The position numbers were made by a program, and so were the translations under genes. Source: Octopus vulgaris (Eukaryota). From it: a stretch of 64,000 nt of DNA. Location: contig OX597840.1 in assembly GCA_951406725.2 (NCBI GenBank), positions 27,280,001-27,344,000 on the forward strand, in the 5' to 3' direction. Numbering within the stretch: the stretch's first letter is position 1; every line of letters begins with the position of its first letter. The notes below the pieces were generated by a model. It saw nothing but the letters and a program-made list of their open reading frames with translations, was not told where the DNA came from and did no database searches. Positions 14,319 to 28,410 of the stretch are shown one piece after another.

Positions 14319-14620
14319 GTGGAGGCACATGGTCTAGTGGTTAGAGCAGAGGACTCGCGGTCGAAGGATCGCGGGTTCGAATCTCAGACCGGGCGATGTG
14401 TGTGTTTATGAGCGAAACACCTAAGCTCCACGCGGCTCCGGCAGGAGGTAATGGCGAACCCCTGCTGACAATTTCGCCACAACTTTCTCTAACTCTTTCA
14501 TTCTGCATCTTGCAGCTCACCTGCGACAGACCGGTATCCTGTCCAGGTGGGGAACCTATACGCCAAAGATACCGGCAAACCGGCCCTTATGAGCCAGCGA
14601 TGACTCGAGAAGGAACAAAG
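14319..14620 (+). mobile_element. SINE family D (C-type head, V-domain-like core) inserted in (CATA)n
   Basis: Head tggtctagtggttagagcag...ggttcgaatc; core cctgcgacagaccggtatcctgtccagg; second copy at 34706. Confidence 0.85.
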
Positions 14621-14728
14621 AACATGCATACATACATACATACGTACATACATACATACATACATACATACATACATACATACATACATACTTACATATT
14701 TACATATATACATACATACATACATACA

Positions 14729-14762
<34 letters not shown>

Positions 14763-14796
14763 CATACATACATACATACATACATACATACTTACA

Positions 14797-14866
<70 letters not shown>

Positions 14867-15142
14867 CATACATACATACATACATACATACATACATACA
14901 TACATACATACACACATGATGGCTTCACACTCTGGTTCGAGTATTGCCATCGCCTGATCGAAAGTCCCACACATGCGAAGGCTACGGCCAACCATTTTCG
15001 TGACAGGCCTGTGCTTAAGCATTTTTGTTATAATGAGGAAAGGATCTTCACAAATCTAAAGCCACTCTCTGAACACAGACAATATTAACTCGAAAAGAAG
15101 TACTAGTCTACATTGTGTTGCAGATTTTCTCCCAGTTCTCGG

Positions 15143-15515
15143 AGTGGATTTGGTAGACGGAAACTGAAAGAAGCCCGATGGGAAACCGGACATTGTTGTG
15201 GTGAATAAAAAACAAAGAACATGTATTATAATCGACATAGCACGCCCCGATGATAACATATATGATAACATACATGTGTGTGTGAGAGAGTGTGTGCGTC
15301 TTAGTGTCTGTGTTTGTTCCCTCCCCACCACTACCAGCACCAGCACCACCACCACTTGGCAACCGATGTTGGTGTATTTATGTCCCCGTAAAATAAGTAT
15401 TACTGCTTACTAAGAATAAGTCCTGGGGTCGATTTCTTCGACTAAAAACCTTTTAGACGGTGCTACAGCATGGCCGCAGTCAAATGACTGAAGATTGTAA
15501 CGGAATAAAAGAACA
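15143..15515 (+). mobile_element. Partial SINE A containing a roughly 80-bp RLE-LINE fragment (15181-15259)
   Basis: The insert translates KPDIVVVNKKQRTCIIIDIARPDDN (PD..D endonuclease motif). Confidence 0.7.
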
Positions 15516-15893
15516 AAAGAATATCTGAGTGAATTACGAACGTGTATCAATATTTTTGCTAATTCCCTTCCGCAAAAATACAGACACTCTCTTAACACCT
15601 ATTGCATCTCTTGTCACATATTTTTATACTTCCTCTCCATTATAAATCAATCCAAAATAATTTTCGAAATAGTCACGTCGGCGAATATTGTTTTCTTCCA
15701 TTTTGACAGTTTTGTTTATTAAATTTCCATTAATACTCTCAGCGGTGTTGCGATTGTGTTCTACGTAAGTTGCCTTCGAATGCGAATGCGGTCAGTATAA
15801 ATACGATAAAAGCTGATTGTTTGAATATTCTGACCTCTGATGATCGTCTGATAACCCACGGAAACAATCGGTGAACTGTCAGATTATGATCTA

Positions 15894-16081
<188 letters not shown>

Positions 16082-16116
16082 TATACATGCATACATATAT
16101 GGCTGTGAGAGTAGGT

Positions 16117-16852
<736 letters not shown>

Positions 16853-16867
16853 AGTATGCCTATTTGT

Positions 16868-16898
<31 letters not shown>

Positions 16899-17577
16899 CT
16901 GTGCGTGTGTGTGTTTGTGCGCGTGTGTGTGCGTTTGTGCGTGTGTGTTTGTGCGTGTGTGTGTGTGTTTGTGCGTGTGTGTGTGTGTGTGTGTGTATGT
17001 GTGTGTGTCTGTGTGTGTGTATGTGTGTGTGTGCCTGTGTGTGTGTATGTGTGTGTGCCTGTGTGTGTGTATGTGTGTGTGCCTGTGTGTGTGTATGTGT
17101 GTGTGCCTGTGTGTGTGTATGTGTGTGTCTGTGTGTGCCTGTGTGTGTGTATGTGTGTGTATGTGTGTGCCTGTGTGTGTGTGTGTGTATGTGGTCGTTT
17201 GTTTCAAGGACAGAAACACTCTTTCGCACCTGTCCCTTTGTTTCCAGGCATTCAAATTGTCTTCATCCAAATTGCCTGTCAGTTCCGTAGAACTGGATTC
17301 TTGAGATTAGTTCCCAAAAACGCCAGAAGACGTTTGTTTATATTTTTCTCAACGTGGGAAATAATTTTAATAAAACAAACATTTATCTTTTTTCCCACTT
17401 GACAAAACATTTTCAGTTTTTGTGATCAAAAGAAACAGGCTACGGGTAGAAAAATCGGCAAAGTGCTAGAGAGTTGAAGAGGACAAGTAGCATGGTACCG
17501 TTGGCTACAGGTGGCACTCCGGCTACTGGTGCAAGATTCTAGGAATGCGCCAATGTGGCAAGAATGATCCAGTTTGG

Positions 17578-17760
17578 GGACTCTGTAGATATCACGGCCT
17601 ACAGAGAGCAAAGACAGCGAAAATGAGAATTGCAAAATCCAGTGGGATGCAATGATCCAGTGAGATTACCCCGACCAGACGTCGGAAACCGGACATTGTT
17701 GTGGTGAATGAAAAACAAAGAACATATATAATAATCGACATAGCACGTCCCGGTGATAAC
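17578..17760 (+). pseudogene. RLE-type (R4/Dong-like) LINE fragment
   Basis: Translates LCRYHGLQRAK..ENENCKIQWDAMIQ*DYPTRRRKPDIVVVNEKQRTYIIIDIARPGDN. Confidence 0.75.
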
Positions 17761-17846
17761 ACACACACACACACATGTATATATACATATATATATATAT
17801 AAATATATATAAGAAGAAGATGTGGAACACGAGTTGTGATATATAA

Positions 17847-18107
<261 letters not shown>

Positions 18108-18145
18108 CAAATGAAATAAATGAAAAACAGGACGCAAAGGATTTT

Positions 18146-18238
18146 GCAGTACATATGTTTCGGGCTTTATTGAACAACTTATTCTTATATCAATGCATAA
18201 TTGATATAACAGATAGATCAAAAGCCTTCTTCAGCCGC
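18146..18238 (-). ncRNA. Type I hammerhead ribozyme motif with long stem II
   Basis: Minus strand: gcgg-CTGAAGA-a-ggcttt...ttatatcaat/attgatataa...aaagcc-c-GAA-ACATATGT-A-ctgc; GUA cleavage triplet. Confidence 0.7.
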
Positions 18239-18628
18239 GTACAATTACCACACCAAAGACTTGTATCACATTATAACAGGTTTGAGAAAAAGTTCGAGAA
18301 AAAATCGAGTTTGAGAAAAATATATATATATGAATGTATGTATATATACAGATATATTATTTAATAATTAATAAATTTTACCAAGTAGTTTCGGTATGGA
18401 AAAGAACCATATTCGGTAAAAATTTGTACAAAAAGGTTTTTTTATTATAATTATAAATATAAGGGTTTTGCAACAAGTTGCTTCACCACATACCGAAAAT
18501 TTAGAAATAGCAGCCAAAGGACCGTTAATTCTTTTCACTACAAATATGAGTCTACAGACAATAATTTTATTTCTATGTATTGGTTTATGCTTTTCACAGT
18601 TTGATTTGCCTAATAGTGGTTTTATCTC

Positions 18629-19025
18629 GTGGCTGTGTAGTAAGTAGCTTGCTTATCAACCACATGGTTCCGGGTTCAGTCCCACTGCGTGGCATCTTGG
18701 GCAAGTGTCTTCTGCTATAGCCCCGGGCCGACCAATGCCTTGTGAGTGGATTTGGTAGACGGAAACTGAAAGAAGCCTGTCGTATATATATATATATATA
18801 TATGTATATGTGTGTATATGTTTGTGTGTCTGTGTTTGTCCCCCTAGCATTGCTTGACAACCGATGCTGGTGTGTTTACGTCCCCGTCACTTAGCGGTTC
18901 GGCAAAAGAGACCGATAGAATAAGTACTGGGCTTACAAAGAATAAGTCCAGGGGTCGATTTGCACGACTAAAGGCGGTGCTCCAGCATGGCCGCAGTCAA
19001 ATGACTGAAACAAGAAAAAGAAAAA
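18629..19025 (+). mobile_element. SINE family A
   Basis: Near full-length young copy. Confidence 0.9.
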
Positions 19026-19686
19026 GATAAAAAAAGATATGAGTGAACAGACAAAAAGAACGGTACTCAACATATTTATTGGGAGTTACATGTAACTCCT
19101 ATGTACTCTGAGTTTCAAGAGTGACGCTAATCTTCGGACATTGGAGTTTGAATGAGAGGACAGCTGAAGGGAGTCAACGCTTATTACGGACTGTTTTGAC
19201 CCATACATATAAATACAAACAAACATGCATTTACATACATCTATATATATACATTCAAATAGATAAACAGACAGACAGACAGACAGATAGACAGAGGATA
19301 ATATATATTTGGTTGTGATATGTTTATTTTTCATTCAGTACCAACACATTGATATACACAGCGAAGCACAGCAATAATTTCGATCGTTTCAGCCGTCAGA
19401 AAACGAAGAATTTTTTTGGAATCCATTATCGATCCCTCTTTCTGCGGAATAATCAAAATACAATGACGAATCCAATATGCGTCTCTTTCTTTCCTTCCTT
19501 CCTTCTTTCTTTCTTTCGTTCTTTCGTTCGTTCTTTCTGTGTTTCCCTTCTTCCCGCATTAATTTATGCAACGGTTTAATAATTCCGATTTCTTTTATCT
19601 TTCTTCACCTCATTACCTAGCAACATTCATTGCACAACAATATCGATGGCCACAACTTTCCTCCACAATGCATGCATATATATATG

Positions 19687-19737
<51 letters not shown>

Positions 19738-19748
19738 ATGTGTATGTA

Positions 19749-19787
<39 letters not shown>

Positions 19788-19838
19788 CATTTTCCGAATG
19801 TTCGCTAGGATGAATTTATGTAACGGAAATATAAACAT

Positions 19839-19919
<81 letters not shown>

Positions 19920-20087
19920 TATAAATATATATACATACATACATACATACATTCATAATCCGGGCTACCACTGCCAAGGTTCCACTCGCTATGAAGTATA
20001 TGAAGCCCGGATTTATCTACTCCATTCCTTAACTCTTATATACACTCATACACACACAAACACACATATATATATATATATATGCAA

Positions 20088-20122
<35 letters not shown>

Positions 20123-20149
20123 AACATATACACATATAAACATATAAAC

Positions 20150-20192
<43 letters not shown>

Positions 20193-20193
20193 T

Positions 20194-20245
<52 letters not shown>

Positions 20246-20491
20246 CATATATATAACGTATATATGCGCGCACGCACACACTTTTAATATATATTCATTC
20301 ATAATTCCCACCGCCATCTTCCCGCCGCCACCACCACTCATTCATTCCTTCAATCCCGCTATTTTGATTTACGTCTATTCTTCCTCTTCTCTCCTTCCTT
20401 ATTTTCCATTCTCTTCATTTTTTTCCATGGACAACGGAGACTGTTTTTGCTTTCCGCTCGTTTTTTTTCTTATTTTTTCTTATTATTATAA

Positions 20492-20574
<83 letters not shown>

Positions 20575-20779
20575 GTTATTATTATTATTTTGCTTTGGTT
20601 TTTCTCTTTCTGCCATTTATCTCTGCTCTAAGTTCCAGCTTGGTGTTCGTTCTATAGATACTGAAATATATACACATACACGTACATACATACATGCATA
20701 CATACATACATACATACATACATACATACATACATACATACATACATACATACATAAGTAGTTGAACGAATTATCCTAG

Positions 20780-21216
20780 TATGGATAATTCGGTTAACCG
20801 ATACCGGGGTAGAAAATTCACGTCAGAAAACACGGTTGAAGCTATATGCCAAGGGCAGAGATCATGTGCTTTCGTGTGGAAATTTGTGTGTTTGTTTTTA
20901 CTATAAATAAATGAAAGAATGGAGTCGAACGACGATTTAACAAAATTTCTTTATTCTCGACATATGTTTCAAAGACTGCATATTCCTAATTCCGCAGGAA
21001 TAAGGGGTGCATTGTGCCGCCTTACTATGGACTCCGTGTGTGCAGTCATCTAAAAATTTTTGTTCGTCATGATGCTGACATAAGTTCCTTGTCTTTCCTG
21101 ATGAGAAGGCGGCACAATGCACCCCTTATTCCTGCGGAATTAGGAATATGCAGTCTTCGAAACATATGTCGAGAATAAAGGAATTTTGTTAAATCCTTGT
21201 TCGACTCCATTCTTTC

Positions 21217-21220
<4 letters not shown>
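20780..21220. mobile_element. Penelope-type pseudo-LTR element with inverted duplication
   Basis: Arms 20909-21023 and 21106-21220 are reverse complements. Homologous to 29536-29868. Embedded in (CATA)n. Confidence 0.75.
21083..21186 (+). ncRNA. Type I hammerhead ribozyme motif
   Basis: tttc-CTGATGA-gaaggc...gtcttc-GAA-ACATATGT-C/gaga; predicted cleavage after GUC at 21170. Confidence 0.8.
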
Positions 21221-21249
<29 letters not shown>

Positions 21250-21271
21250 CATACATACATACATACATACA

Positions 21272-21302
<31 letters not shown>

Positions 21303-21671
21303 TCCTGTATTCTTGTCCATGTATTTATTTAAACCTATATTTACATATATATAAATGTTTCTTTTATTTCAGATAGCAATGCGGCAAACAAACAGCAATG
21401 ACAACAGACCCAGCTGACATATCAAAAACAAAAAACAACCCCTGACCACATTGCGTACAATGACGATTTTACACTAATGATCGCCCGGCTTTAACTCATT
21501 ATAAATTTATACACACACAACACACACACAAGTACACATTCATATGAGCGTCCGTCGACAGATGTCTTTGACCCGTGTGCAACACCGAAACTTGAAGTAG
21601 TTCACTGTCGGATATATTTATAGCGTAAGAATACATTGGAAGAGGTGTCTGTTTGAAGAATCTCTATTACA

Positions 21672-21768
21672 ATGTCGGAGGATATAAATGATCATTTACA
21701 GCATCTTTACCAATATGCTTTTGAATATTGCAACGCCACCGTGTTGTCTCATCCTCCACCTGAAGATG
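21672..21768 (+). CDS. Probable first coding exon of a class B1 (calcitonin/CGRP/DH31 receptor-like) GPCR
   Basis: acaATG with an in-frame stop 18 nt upstream; MSEDINDHLQHLYQYAFEYCNATVLSHPPPED-G; phase-1 donor G|GTAAGT at 21769; candidate acceptor cttttatttcag ending 21372 (5'UTR 21373-21671). Resembles the first ECD helix and Cys preceding the G-x-YC..WDG exon. Confidence 0.55.
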
Positions 21769-21879
21769 GTAAGTACCTCAAAATTCGCTTCCATGCTACA
21801 AATGTCTGAGATGAGTATTTTGTGAACAATCACTTTTATAATTGTTCGTACACTTTATATATCTTTTCTTGTGGCGTTG

Positions 21880-22070
21880 AACTAACAGAAAAAATATTTT
21901 GCGCCTTTTCGCCCGTCCTCACGTTTTGAGTTCAAATTCCGCCGAGGCTGACTTTGCCTTTCATCCACTCGATGTTCATGAAATAAATATCAGTTGAACA
22001 TTACGATCGATGTAATTGAGCTTACCCACTTCCTCAGAATTCCTGGCCTTGTGTCAAAATTCTTAAAAAT
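21880..22070 (+). mobile_element. Old SINE B-related copy (alternative tail)
   Basis: gagttcaaattccgccgagg..ctttgcctttcatcc core, tail ggccttgtgtcaaaat. Similar relics at about 700-790, 30740-30890, 45135-45280, 48905-48975, 59030-59165 and 60730-60870(-). Confidence 0.65.
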
Positions 22071-22169
22071 CATTATTATATATTTCCATTGGTAACCAAT
22101 TGAAACATTGATTACATATACACACACCTGTGACAGTTCCGGTCACTTCAGCAATATAATGACAGGTGT

Positions 22170-22350
22170 GCCGGTGGCGACTTCTTTTCCTTCTTTGAAC
22201 TTTTAACTTTCTACTTTGCGATGAAGAGCTATGCTCGAAACTTCAAACTCTCTCCTTTCACCGAGCGTCAAGCTAATGCATCTCTAGTGCATGTCCTCAT
22301 GCTGTCTGTTTTTATTCGTTTTTTTATTCATTTATTTGAATTGACTATAT
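22170..22350 (+). mobile_element. Short Penelope-type element, minimal hammerhead family H2 (degenerate)
   Basis: gcgatgaagagctatgctcgaaac...gagcgtcaagctaat; homologous to 36460 and 39664. Confidence 0.6.
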
Positions 22351-23549
22351 ACGTGTGTATGTGTGTGTGTGTGTGTGTGTATATAAATTACTTTCTCTAA
22401 TGAAATATGCATGGCTTGTATTAATAATGATATATTAATGTAATATAATGGTCTCATTTATATTCATATTCATATTCTTGATATGTATATTCCCTGTAGT
22501 ATTGAAACGAACGGAATTAAAGAATTAAATGTAATACCATAAATTCTAACTTTTGATTAAGTTGATCCATAATAAATAAATAAATATATATGTTGGGGGG
22601 AGTACGTATATACACACATGCATACAGACGTGTGTGTGTGAATAAAAACACACACATACACACGCATACGACGATCTTCCACAGTTTTTATCTGCCAAAT
22701 CCACTCACAAAGTTTTTGTCAACCCGTGGCTCCAGTACAAAATCCTTATCGAAGGCGCCACGACAGACTGTGGTCACAACCGTAACCATATGGCCACAAG
22801 ACCACGCCTGCGTCAACAACATTTAATCAACTGGTCTATTTTATTTTTATTTTTTCTCTTGACTACTCGTACTCATTTTCGTTTACAAACTTCGAATACA
22901 ACATGCGGGAGATTTTGTTTACTAATTACTAAGATAATCTGCATGAAACAAAGCCTTTACTTATTTATTTCTTTGCTTATTTATTTATTTATTTATTTCC
23001 ATATCATAATACTACAGACGACAGACACCAACGCATATGTATCTCTTCGTAAACGATCGTTTTAATGAGCTTCTCAACGATAAATACGTGATTTTTCAAC
23101 GCGATCCACACGCAACGCAAGCTAATTTTAATTGAGTTTAACGGCAGCAGATAATAAGATTCGCCTTTCTAAATAAAATAATTAGAATCAAATCAGTGAA
23201 GAACATTCAAGAAATAATCGCAACATAATTTCAGTGAAAACTGAGAAGGAATTCGGTTGGAAGGAATCACATAAACACGATTGTTTGATGGATAGAGTGA
23301 TGAAAGAGACTCTAGTTGAGCACAATGGCTATTTAAGCAAAGGGATTCGCAATCAAATGGATGACATAATCTACCTATACAATTATCGACTAACTAGAGC
23401 CATCAATTTGTATGAACAGTATATTATGGATTAATCTGGAGTGATTTTAATCCTTTCAGATGAGAAATGGCGTATTTATGGCCGTAAAGAATTGATTAAT
23501 CTCTGTTGATTGGAAGTAAAATTTCATTCAGCGGGACAATAATTTAATA

Positions 23550-23580
<31 letters not shown>

Positions 23581-23870
23581 ATAATATAATATAATATAAT
23601 ATAATATAATATAACGTGCCATAATATAATATAATATGATATATAAGATAGAGAGAAGAAGACAAGAAGGTAGGAAGGAATACTCTACACATAAACACAC
23701 GCAAGTATGTATATTAGGAACAGGTTGGGCTGAGTGGTTAAGATGCTCGCTTTTGCAAACCATACACGGCACCTTGCGCAAATGTTTTCTGGTATAGGCG
23801 AGGGCCGATCAATACCTTGCGAACACATACACACATACATACATTCCATACACACATACAAATACATAAC

Positions 23871-24157
23871 ACCGTGATCACCGTGACCGACCAGGCTATC
23901 AGATGTTGTTACACATCGCTGGTCACAATGCGTTTCGCATTGTTTTAGCCTGCAAATGACGCCACCCCGCTGGCTAAGCGAGCAAGCCAACAGAAGAAAG
24001 ATGTGGCGAAAGAGTACAGCAGGGATCGCCACCACCCCCTGCCGGAGCCTCGTGGAGCTTTAGGTGTTTTAGCTCTATAAACACTTACAATGCCTAGTCT
24101 AGAAATCGAAACCGTGATCCTATGACCGCGAGTCCGCTACCCTAACCACTGGGCCAC
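23871..24157 (-). mobile_element. SINE family E (C-type head, RTE-derived tail)
   Basis: Head shared with families C and D; 3' tail aligns by eye at about 39/52 nt to the 3' end of the RTE fragment at 54034-54085. Confidence 0.8.
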
Positions 24158-24403
24158 ATATATACATTGTATAAATATACAAAACACTCGCTGTGGAAAA
24201 CATATTAACCATTCAAAAACCCTAAGGCGGGCTTCTTTCAGTTTCCGACTACCAGATCCACTCACAAGGCTTTGGTCGAACCGAGGCTATAATAAAAGAC
24301 TCTCGTCCAAGTTTCCACGCTGTGGGACTGAACCCGAGACCATGTAGATGAGAAGCGAACTTTCTACCACACATCCAGACTCGAGTCTATGTGACAGGCA
24401 TAC

Positions 24404-24629
24404 GGCGAGCTGGCAGAGACGTTAGCACGCCGGGCGAAATGCGTAGCCGTATTTCGTCTGCGCTTACGTTCTGAGTTCAAATTCCGCCGAGGTTGACTTT
24501 GCCTTTCATCCTTTCGGGGTCGATTAAATAAGTACCAGTTACGCACCGGGGTCGATATAATCGACTTAATCCGTGTGTCAGTCCCTGTTTGTCCTCTCTG
24601 TTTTAGCCCCTTGTGGGTAGTAAAGAAAT
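24404..24629 (+). mobile_element. SINE family B monomer
   Basis: 8-bp TSD aggcatac at 24396-24403 and 24630-24637. Confidence 0.9.
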
Positions 24630-24750
24630 AGGCATACAGCACCAAGGTTTCGCAAGCGTTCGCCCATCTAAGCACTAACTAGGCTCGGCGTTGCTTAAAT
24701 TCGGTAATCGAACAAGAACCGGTGCTTTCCAACGTGTTGTGGCCGTAAGT
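24630..24750 (-). pseudogene. 5S rRNA pseudogene or divergent orphan copy
   Basis: Reverse complement reads acttacggccacaacacgttggaaagcaccggttcttgttcgattaccgaatttaagcaacgccgagcctagttagtgcttagatgggcgaacgcttgcgaaaccttggtgctgtatgcct, 121 nt colinear with metazoan 5S rRNA. No oligo-T terminator in the reconstructed pre-insertion flank. Confidence 0.85.
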
Positions 24751-25247
24751 GTAATGTCCTCTGACGTGAAGGCTCTAAAAGTAGAGCCGTTGAGAATAAT
24801 GTCTTGGAGATATTTATGGCATTATAGAGTCGAGTTATTATCCTATACTTAGCGAGAATTGCATGAGCCGTTGCTTAATCTATATGTATACGTGAGGCTT
24901 ATAACATAACAATATGGCGGATGTGAATAACTAGCGAACGGTATTTCGGAGAGCTGGTGAATATAACCAAATAATTGAGGTTTAAAATGGAAGCTTTATA
25001 TTCAATATAGAAAATGGCTGAAGAATCGGTTAAATAATGTTGAGTACATTGTAAGAAGATGATAAGACGAACATATAATTTGGCTTAATTAAAGCATTTT
25101 AGATGCACTCAAATGTAGATATATTGTATTTAGGGTTATGGATTCTCGTGTAGGTAGGCAGGAAAGATTAAACTCATAAAAAGACGAACAGAACTGGAAA
25201 TTGAGCAGTAACAAGTAAATTAGATCGATCGATATATAGATAGATAT

Positions 25248-26347
25248 GTTTCTTTATTGGCCACACAGGGCTGCACACAGATGGGACAAGTTACAAGGTA
25301 GAGCTTTTCTTTGAGGGGATGAAAGAAAAAAAAAGGTGGCGTAGGTTTTCGATCAAAAGGGATCGTAAAAGGGAAAAAAAAGGAAAGGGAAAAGGAACAA
25401 AAGAAAAGAAAAATGAAAAGAGAAGAAAAAAGAGGGAAAAAGGGGGAAGAGGAAAAAAAACGATCAATAGGGATCGTGTATCACAGTGTCATGATGTATG
25501 GTGTAAAAGGGAAAGCAAGTAAGGTTTATCCGTGGGAAGAAAAGCCTACGAAAAAGACCACGGTAACCTTGGTCAATATTGTTATATGTTACCACATTTG
25601 TTTGCAAGTGGGTAAACCTCCGTTTTCAATTTCTGGGTTCATAGGATTATGCTCAAGGTGGCTTCGTCATTCATACGTGCCATCCTTGCTACATTCACCC
25701 TTCTTATTTTAAAACATTCGCTAGACAAAACTTGCCTCTCTACTCTCATTTTCCTTTTCAAGTGGTACTTGAAGAAGTTGATGAGAGGTTGACCAGAGAG
25801 GAACGTGTTTGTCTCCAATCCTTTCAGACGCGTCCACCAGATACATTATTTCGCCATAGCCACAAGGATGATGAAAATAGCTCTTCCTTCCCGTTTGAAG
25901 GAAGGAGGCGTGACAATATTGACGATAGACTCAGCTGATAAACCGACTCGTCCCATACGTGACAGCAGTTGTTCGACATAAGCCCACAGGTCGGAAATTG
26001 TTGGACACTGCACGAGTGCGTGCAGAACGGTTTCGTCGCTCTGACCGCATCTCGGGCAGGTCGGCCCCGTGTTTCTCGAGCCGTGTCTGTAGAGCTTATC
26101 CCGAACGGGTTGCGCTTCTCGGTAGCACTGCCAGGCCAGGGATCTCTGCAAGTTGTCCATGGGCCCTGGCCCGAAAGTCGTCCTGAACAGGCGGGTCAGG
26201 TATTCCTCGTCGACGTCCAGGTTCGCCCGAGCTCGTCGTCGTACCTCCCCTCCACTAATCCCCTATAGAATGCTTTGGTTGTGATGGAGTCACTCAAGAT
26301 TGACCCAGGACGACAGATTTGCTTGAGAGCAACGTGACACTCGCGGT
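25248..26347 (-). mobile_element. 5'-truncated Tx1/L1-clade non-LTR retrotransposon, copy 1
   Basis: ORF2 C-terminus with the zinc knuckle CPRCGQSDETVLHALVQCP; T-rich 3'UTR ending ggccaataaagaaac then TATC repeats. The 5' end joins a SINE A tail (26348-26418). Confidence 0.85.
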
Positions 26348-26416
26348 GGTCGATTTGCTCGACTAAAGGCGGTGCTCCAGCATGGCCACATTCAAATGAC
26401 TGAAACAAGTAAAAGA

Positions 26417-26480
<64 letters not shown>

Positions 26481-26699
26481 ATTCAAGTGTGCACTTACTT
26501 ACATACACACACAAACACACACACATACACACACATATATATGCATATATGAAATAATATAAAATATGTATGTAAGGGTTTATATATGTAGGGATATATA
26601 ATATGTATATTTGTATGTGTAGCTAGATATTGAGCTTTTATTAACTATTGTCGCAATCTCACTTATCGAACTTTTTGCACCAAACTAATTGGAAGTGTT

Positions 26700-27075
26700 C
26701 GATCCAACGTAAGAAATTTTGTAATAACTAAAGGATATAAAAGTAAGTTAAGCAGTGTAAGCGAATGACTTATCTACCCTGTATACGAATTTAGATCGGA
26801 AGCTGACGACGGATGCAATATTTAAAATAATGGAAATAAATTATATTTCCACTCAATGCGATGTAGACTTTATGTCCATTATTAGACTTAATGATTATAC
26901 AAACTGGAATAAAAAAAAGATGAGCTATACGAGTTAATTAGGTTTGTTATAGATAATATATAGATTTCATTTGCAGGTAAATTATTAAACGCAATGTACG
27001 GTATTCCCATGGGATGTAATTGTAGTCCTTCGTTTGCTAATTTGTGCTTGGCAAATTGCAAATTTAGTTCCGTTA
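26700..27075 (+). pseudogene. Penelope-like reverse transcriptase fragment
   Basis: NDLSTLYTNLD (26764 onward) and DELYELIRFVIDNI*ISFAGKLLNAMYGIPMGCNCSPSFANLCL, matching the PLE RT motifs DF..LYT and G.PMG.N.SP..ANL. Confidence 0.75.
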
Positions 27076-27568
27076 ATGATTTATGGAAACGGAAAAAAAC
27101 TGGGTTTAATGAGAGAGTTTAGTGGTTGTTGCAGATAAATAAAGTATGTTCTCGTTCCCAATTACAATTTTTAAGAATTATTTACCGTGTAAAAATTTAT
27201 TCTAAGAATTTGAAAGCAAGCAGAAATGGTACTGATGTAACCTGGAATGAGATTATTGGATGCGTGTTTAGTTGGAAGTGATTTGGTATGGCTGACTGAA
27301 CATTGGAGCTGTTTTGTCGAGTACTTTTTGGCACTAGAGGTAAATACACGCACGGGTCAGACATATAGGCATACAGACAGAACGAGAGACATTACAATTT
27401 ATGAACTAAACACGATTGATATGAACACTTTCCCTCACCCCATAAAAATAAAATATGTTCACACACGTATGAGACCGAGAGAGGAGGAGGGGGACATTAA
27501 AATTCATCAACTGAGCACGCGTGACGGAAATGATTTCCCCGCTCCTCAGACACTTGAAAAGAAATATT

Positions 27569-27604
<36 letters not shown>

Positions 27605-27774
27605 CAGATAGACAGACAGACGGACGGACGGACGGACAGACAGACAGACAGATAGACAGACAGATAGACAGAAAGACAGACAGACAGACAGACAGACAGA
27701 TAGATAGATAGATAGATACATACATACATACATACATACATACATACATACATACATACATACATACATAGACA

Positions 27775-27928
27775 CGACGGTCTTCTTTCTGTTTCTGTCT
27801 ACCAAATCCACTCACAAGGCTTTGGTCGGCCAAAGGCTATAGTAAAAGACACTTGCCCAAGGTGCCACGCAGCGGGATTGAAACCGGAACCATGTGGTTC
27901 GTAAGCAAGCTTCTTACCACACAGCCAC
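27775..27928 (-). mobile_element. SINE A 5' half
   Basis: Similar halves at 22670-22812, 24228-24372, 54175-54330 and 58150-58280. Confidence 0.8.
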
Positions 27929-28012
27929 GATCAGCTTTTGCTTATTTTTAATGGCTCATATGTGGCTTCCACGTTGTAAGCGAGGAGGTGGGGAGAACAA
28001 GAAAAAACTGGA

Positions 28013-28330
28013 ACTCCGTCGGTTGCGACGATGAGGGTTCCAGTTGATCCGATCAACGGAACAGCTTGCTCGTGAAATTAACATACAAGTGGCTGAGTAC
28101 TCCACAGACACGTGTACCTTTAACGTAGTTCTCAGGGAGATTCAGCTCGACACAGAATGTGACAAGGCTGGCCCTTTGATATACATCTACATCCTATTTT
28201 ACCAGCTGAGTGGACTGGAGCCATGTGAAATAAAGTGTCTTGCTCAAGGACAAAATGCGCCGCCGGTTTTCGAACTCACAACCTTTCTATCGTGAACTAA
28301 ATACTCTAATCACTAAACCACACGCCTTCA
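28013..28330 (-). mobile_element. SINE C-related copy
   Basis: C-type tail (ccgtcggttgcgacgatgagggttcc) and a diverged head; related relic at 46105-46290. Confidence 0.7.
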
Positions 28331-28410
28331 CAGAGAGAACGAGAGAAAAACATAAAAAAGAGTCTGGTCTCCAATACGTCGGCATTAAATCAGCGACACC
28401 TAAAAAGCGT

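Noticed and set aside
15825-15885. CTGATGA...GAAAC hammerhead-like motif beside (TA)n
   Set aside because: The triplet would be GUG and the stems are weak; possibly a decayed copy, not supportable.
18375-18425. Minus-strand hairpin with cgaaac
   Set aside because: Lacks a CUGANGA-like core.
26965-27075. Apparent splice acceptor tttgcag as the next GPCR exon
   Set aside because: Translation matches Penelope RT motifs, not a receptor domain.
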